Source: Prolixibacteraceae bacterium (lineage in GTDB: Bacteria; Bacteroidota; Bacteroidia; Bacteroidales; Prolixibacteraceae). Taken from it: DNA of 64,000 nt. Made by a program: the position numbers and the translations under genes. The notes under the pieces were generated by a model that was given only the letters and a program-made list of their open reading frames with translations, made no database searches and was not told the origin of the DNA. Below, piece after piece: positions 63,366 through 64,000 of the stretch (positions are counted from its first letter, which is position 1; the number at the start of each line of letters is the position of its first letter). Where the stretch lies: contig JALNYZ010000009.1 of the NCBI GenBank assembly GCA_023229575.1, forward strand, positions 69,581 through 133,580. Reading direction: 5' to 3'.

Positions 63366-64000
63366 ATGAGAAAAGTTTGCCTGATTGTGATTTTGTTGTC
63401 CGCAATATTTGCAGGTTGCGTCCCATCAAAGTTGATCACAGTCTATACAATTGGTGATTCTACTATGGCGAATAAGAAACCGGAGGTATATCCGGAGACG
63501 GGATGGGGACAGAAATTTCAAGACCATTTCGACTCAAAAGTAAAGGTTAGCAATCACGCAATAAATGGCAGAAGTTCAAAGAGTTTTATTGACGAAGGGA
63601 GTTGGAAAAAGGTATTGGACAGCCTTAAACGTGGTGATTATGTTTTTATTCAGTTTGGACATAACGACGAAAAAGCTAATCTTCCCTCCCATTTCACGGA
63701 TCCGCGGTCGAGTTTCAGGCAATACCTTGAAAAGTATATTCGGGAAACCAGGGAGAAAGGGGCTACACCGGTATTGTTAACCCCAATTGTTCGCCGGAAA
63801 TTCGATGAATCCGGAAAACTCATCGAAACCCATGGAAAGTATCCTGATGCGGTACGCGAAGTGGCTGCCAATAAAAAAGTTAAACTTATTGATATGCAGA
63901 TAATCACCTATTCGTTCGTTAATTCAATGGGTGATGAACCTTCAAAAAAAATGTACCTGTGGACTTCACCCGACCAGAAATTCCCTGAGGGGAGAAAAGA
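63366..64000 (+). CDS. SGNH/GDSL hydrolase, CE12 rhamnogalacturonan-acetylesterase-like; 3' end outside the window
   Basis: Absent from the ORF track because no stop is reached, but the frame from the ATG at 63366 stays open to nt 64000. Lipobox-like LLSAIFAGC, TIGDSTM (block I Ser), NHAINGRSSKSF (block II) and FIQFGHND (block III). Confidence 0.8.
   Translation, partial: MRKVCLIVILLSAIFAGCVPSKLITVYTIGDSTMANKKPEVYPETGWGQKFQDHFDSKVKVSNHAINGRSSKSFIDEGSWKKVLDSLKRGDYVFIQFGHNDEKANLPSHFTDPRSSFRQYLEKYIRETREKGATPVLLTPIVRRKFDESGKLIETHGKYPDAVREVAANKKVKLIDMQIITYSFVNSMGDEPSKKMYLWTSPDQKFPEGRK

Noticed and set aside
63565-63780. 71-aa + strand ORF listed in the track
   Set aside because: It is out of frame with, and fully inside, the SGNH/CE12-like gene. 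That gene starts at 63366 and stays open to the window end. The SGNH frame carries the GDS, G and GHND blocks.
1-64000. Search for CRISPR arrays, tRNA/rRNA, integrases, transposases, reverse transcriptases, toxin-antitoxin pairs or known defence genes
   Set aside because: I saw no regularly spaced direct repeats, no cloverleaf-like or rRNA-like segments, and no ORF with recombinase, nuclease, ATPase or defence signatures. The window reads as metabolic and transport genes throughout.

Overview
Bacteroidota-type chromosomal segment made up almost entirely of carbohydrate-utilisation genes. All are on the + strand except one GntR-type regulator. Family names come from motifs read by eye; no database search was possible.

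I read three adjacent polysaccharide utilisation loci (PULs):

(i) 1-9314: the tail of a PUL entering from the left. It has a SusD 3' part, a B-repeat/beta-helix lipoprotein, a GH31-like enzyme, GH20, an MFS sugar porter and a URO-D-fold protein.

(ii) 9505-31301: an ECF-sigma / FecR anti-sigma / SusC(STN)-SusD PUL. It carries a ceramidase-like protein, GH3 and GH51, then a TIM-barrel / PhyH-dioxygenase / ceramidase-like cassette. Its sigma and anti-sigma genes are separated by a 5-kb cytoplasmic sugar-phosphate/polyol cluster, which has its own regulator and ends in a truncated rhaA-like relic.

(iii) 31548 to the window end: a second ECF-sigma/anti-sigma PUL with tandem SusC/SusD pairs, followed by about 19 kb of secreted enzymes.

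I saw no rRNA, tRNA, CRISPR, transposase, integrase or recognisable defence genes.

Most interesting observations:
- A 12-kb run of six exported proteins (50908-63310) with no activity I can assign.
- A three-member family of neutral-ceramidase-like putative metallo-amidohydrolases spread through the PULs.
- Minus-strand terminators plus antisense promoter boxes, in the same register, in both anti-sigma/susC gaps. These are candidate DonS-like cis-antisense sRNAs.
- 49-nt direct repeats bracketing the TIM/PhyH/ceramidase-like cassette.
- The split sigma/anti-sigma pair.
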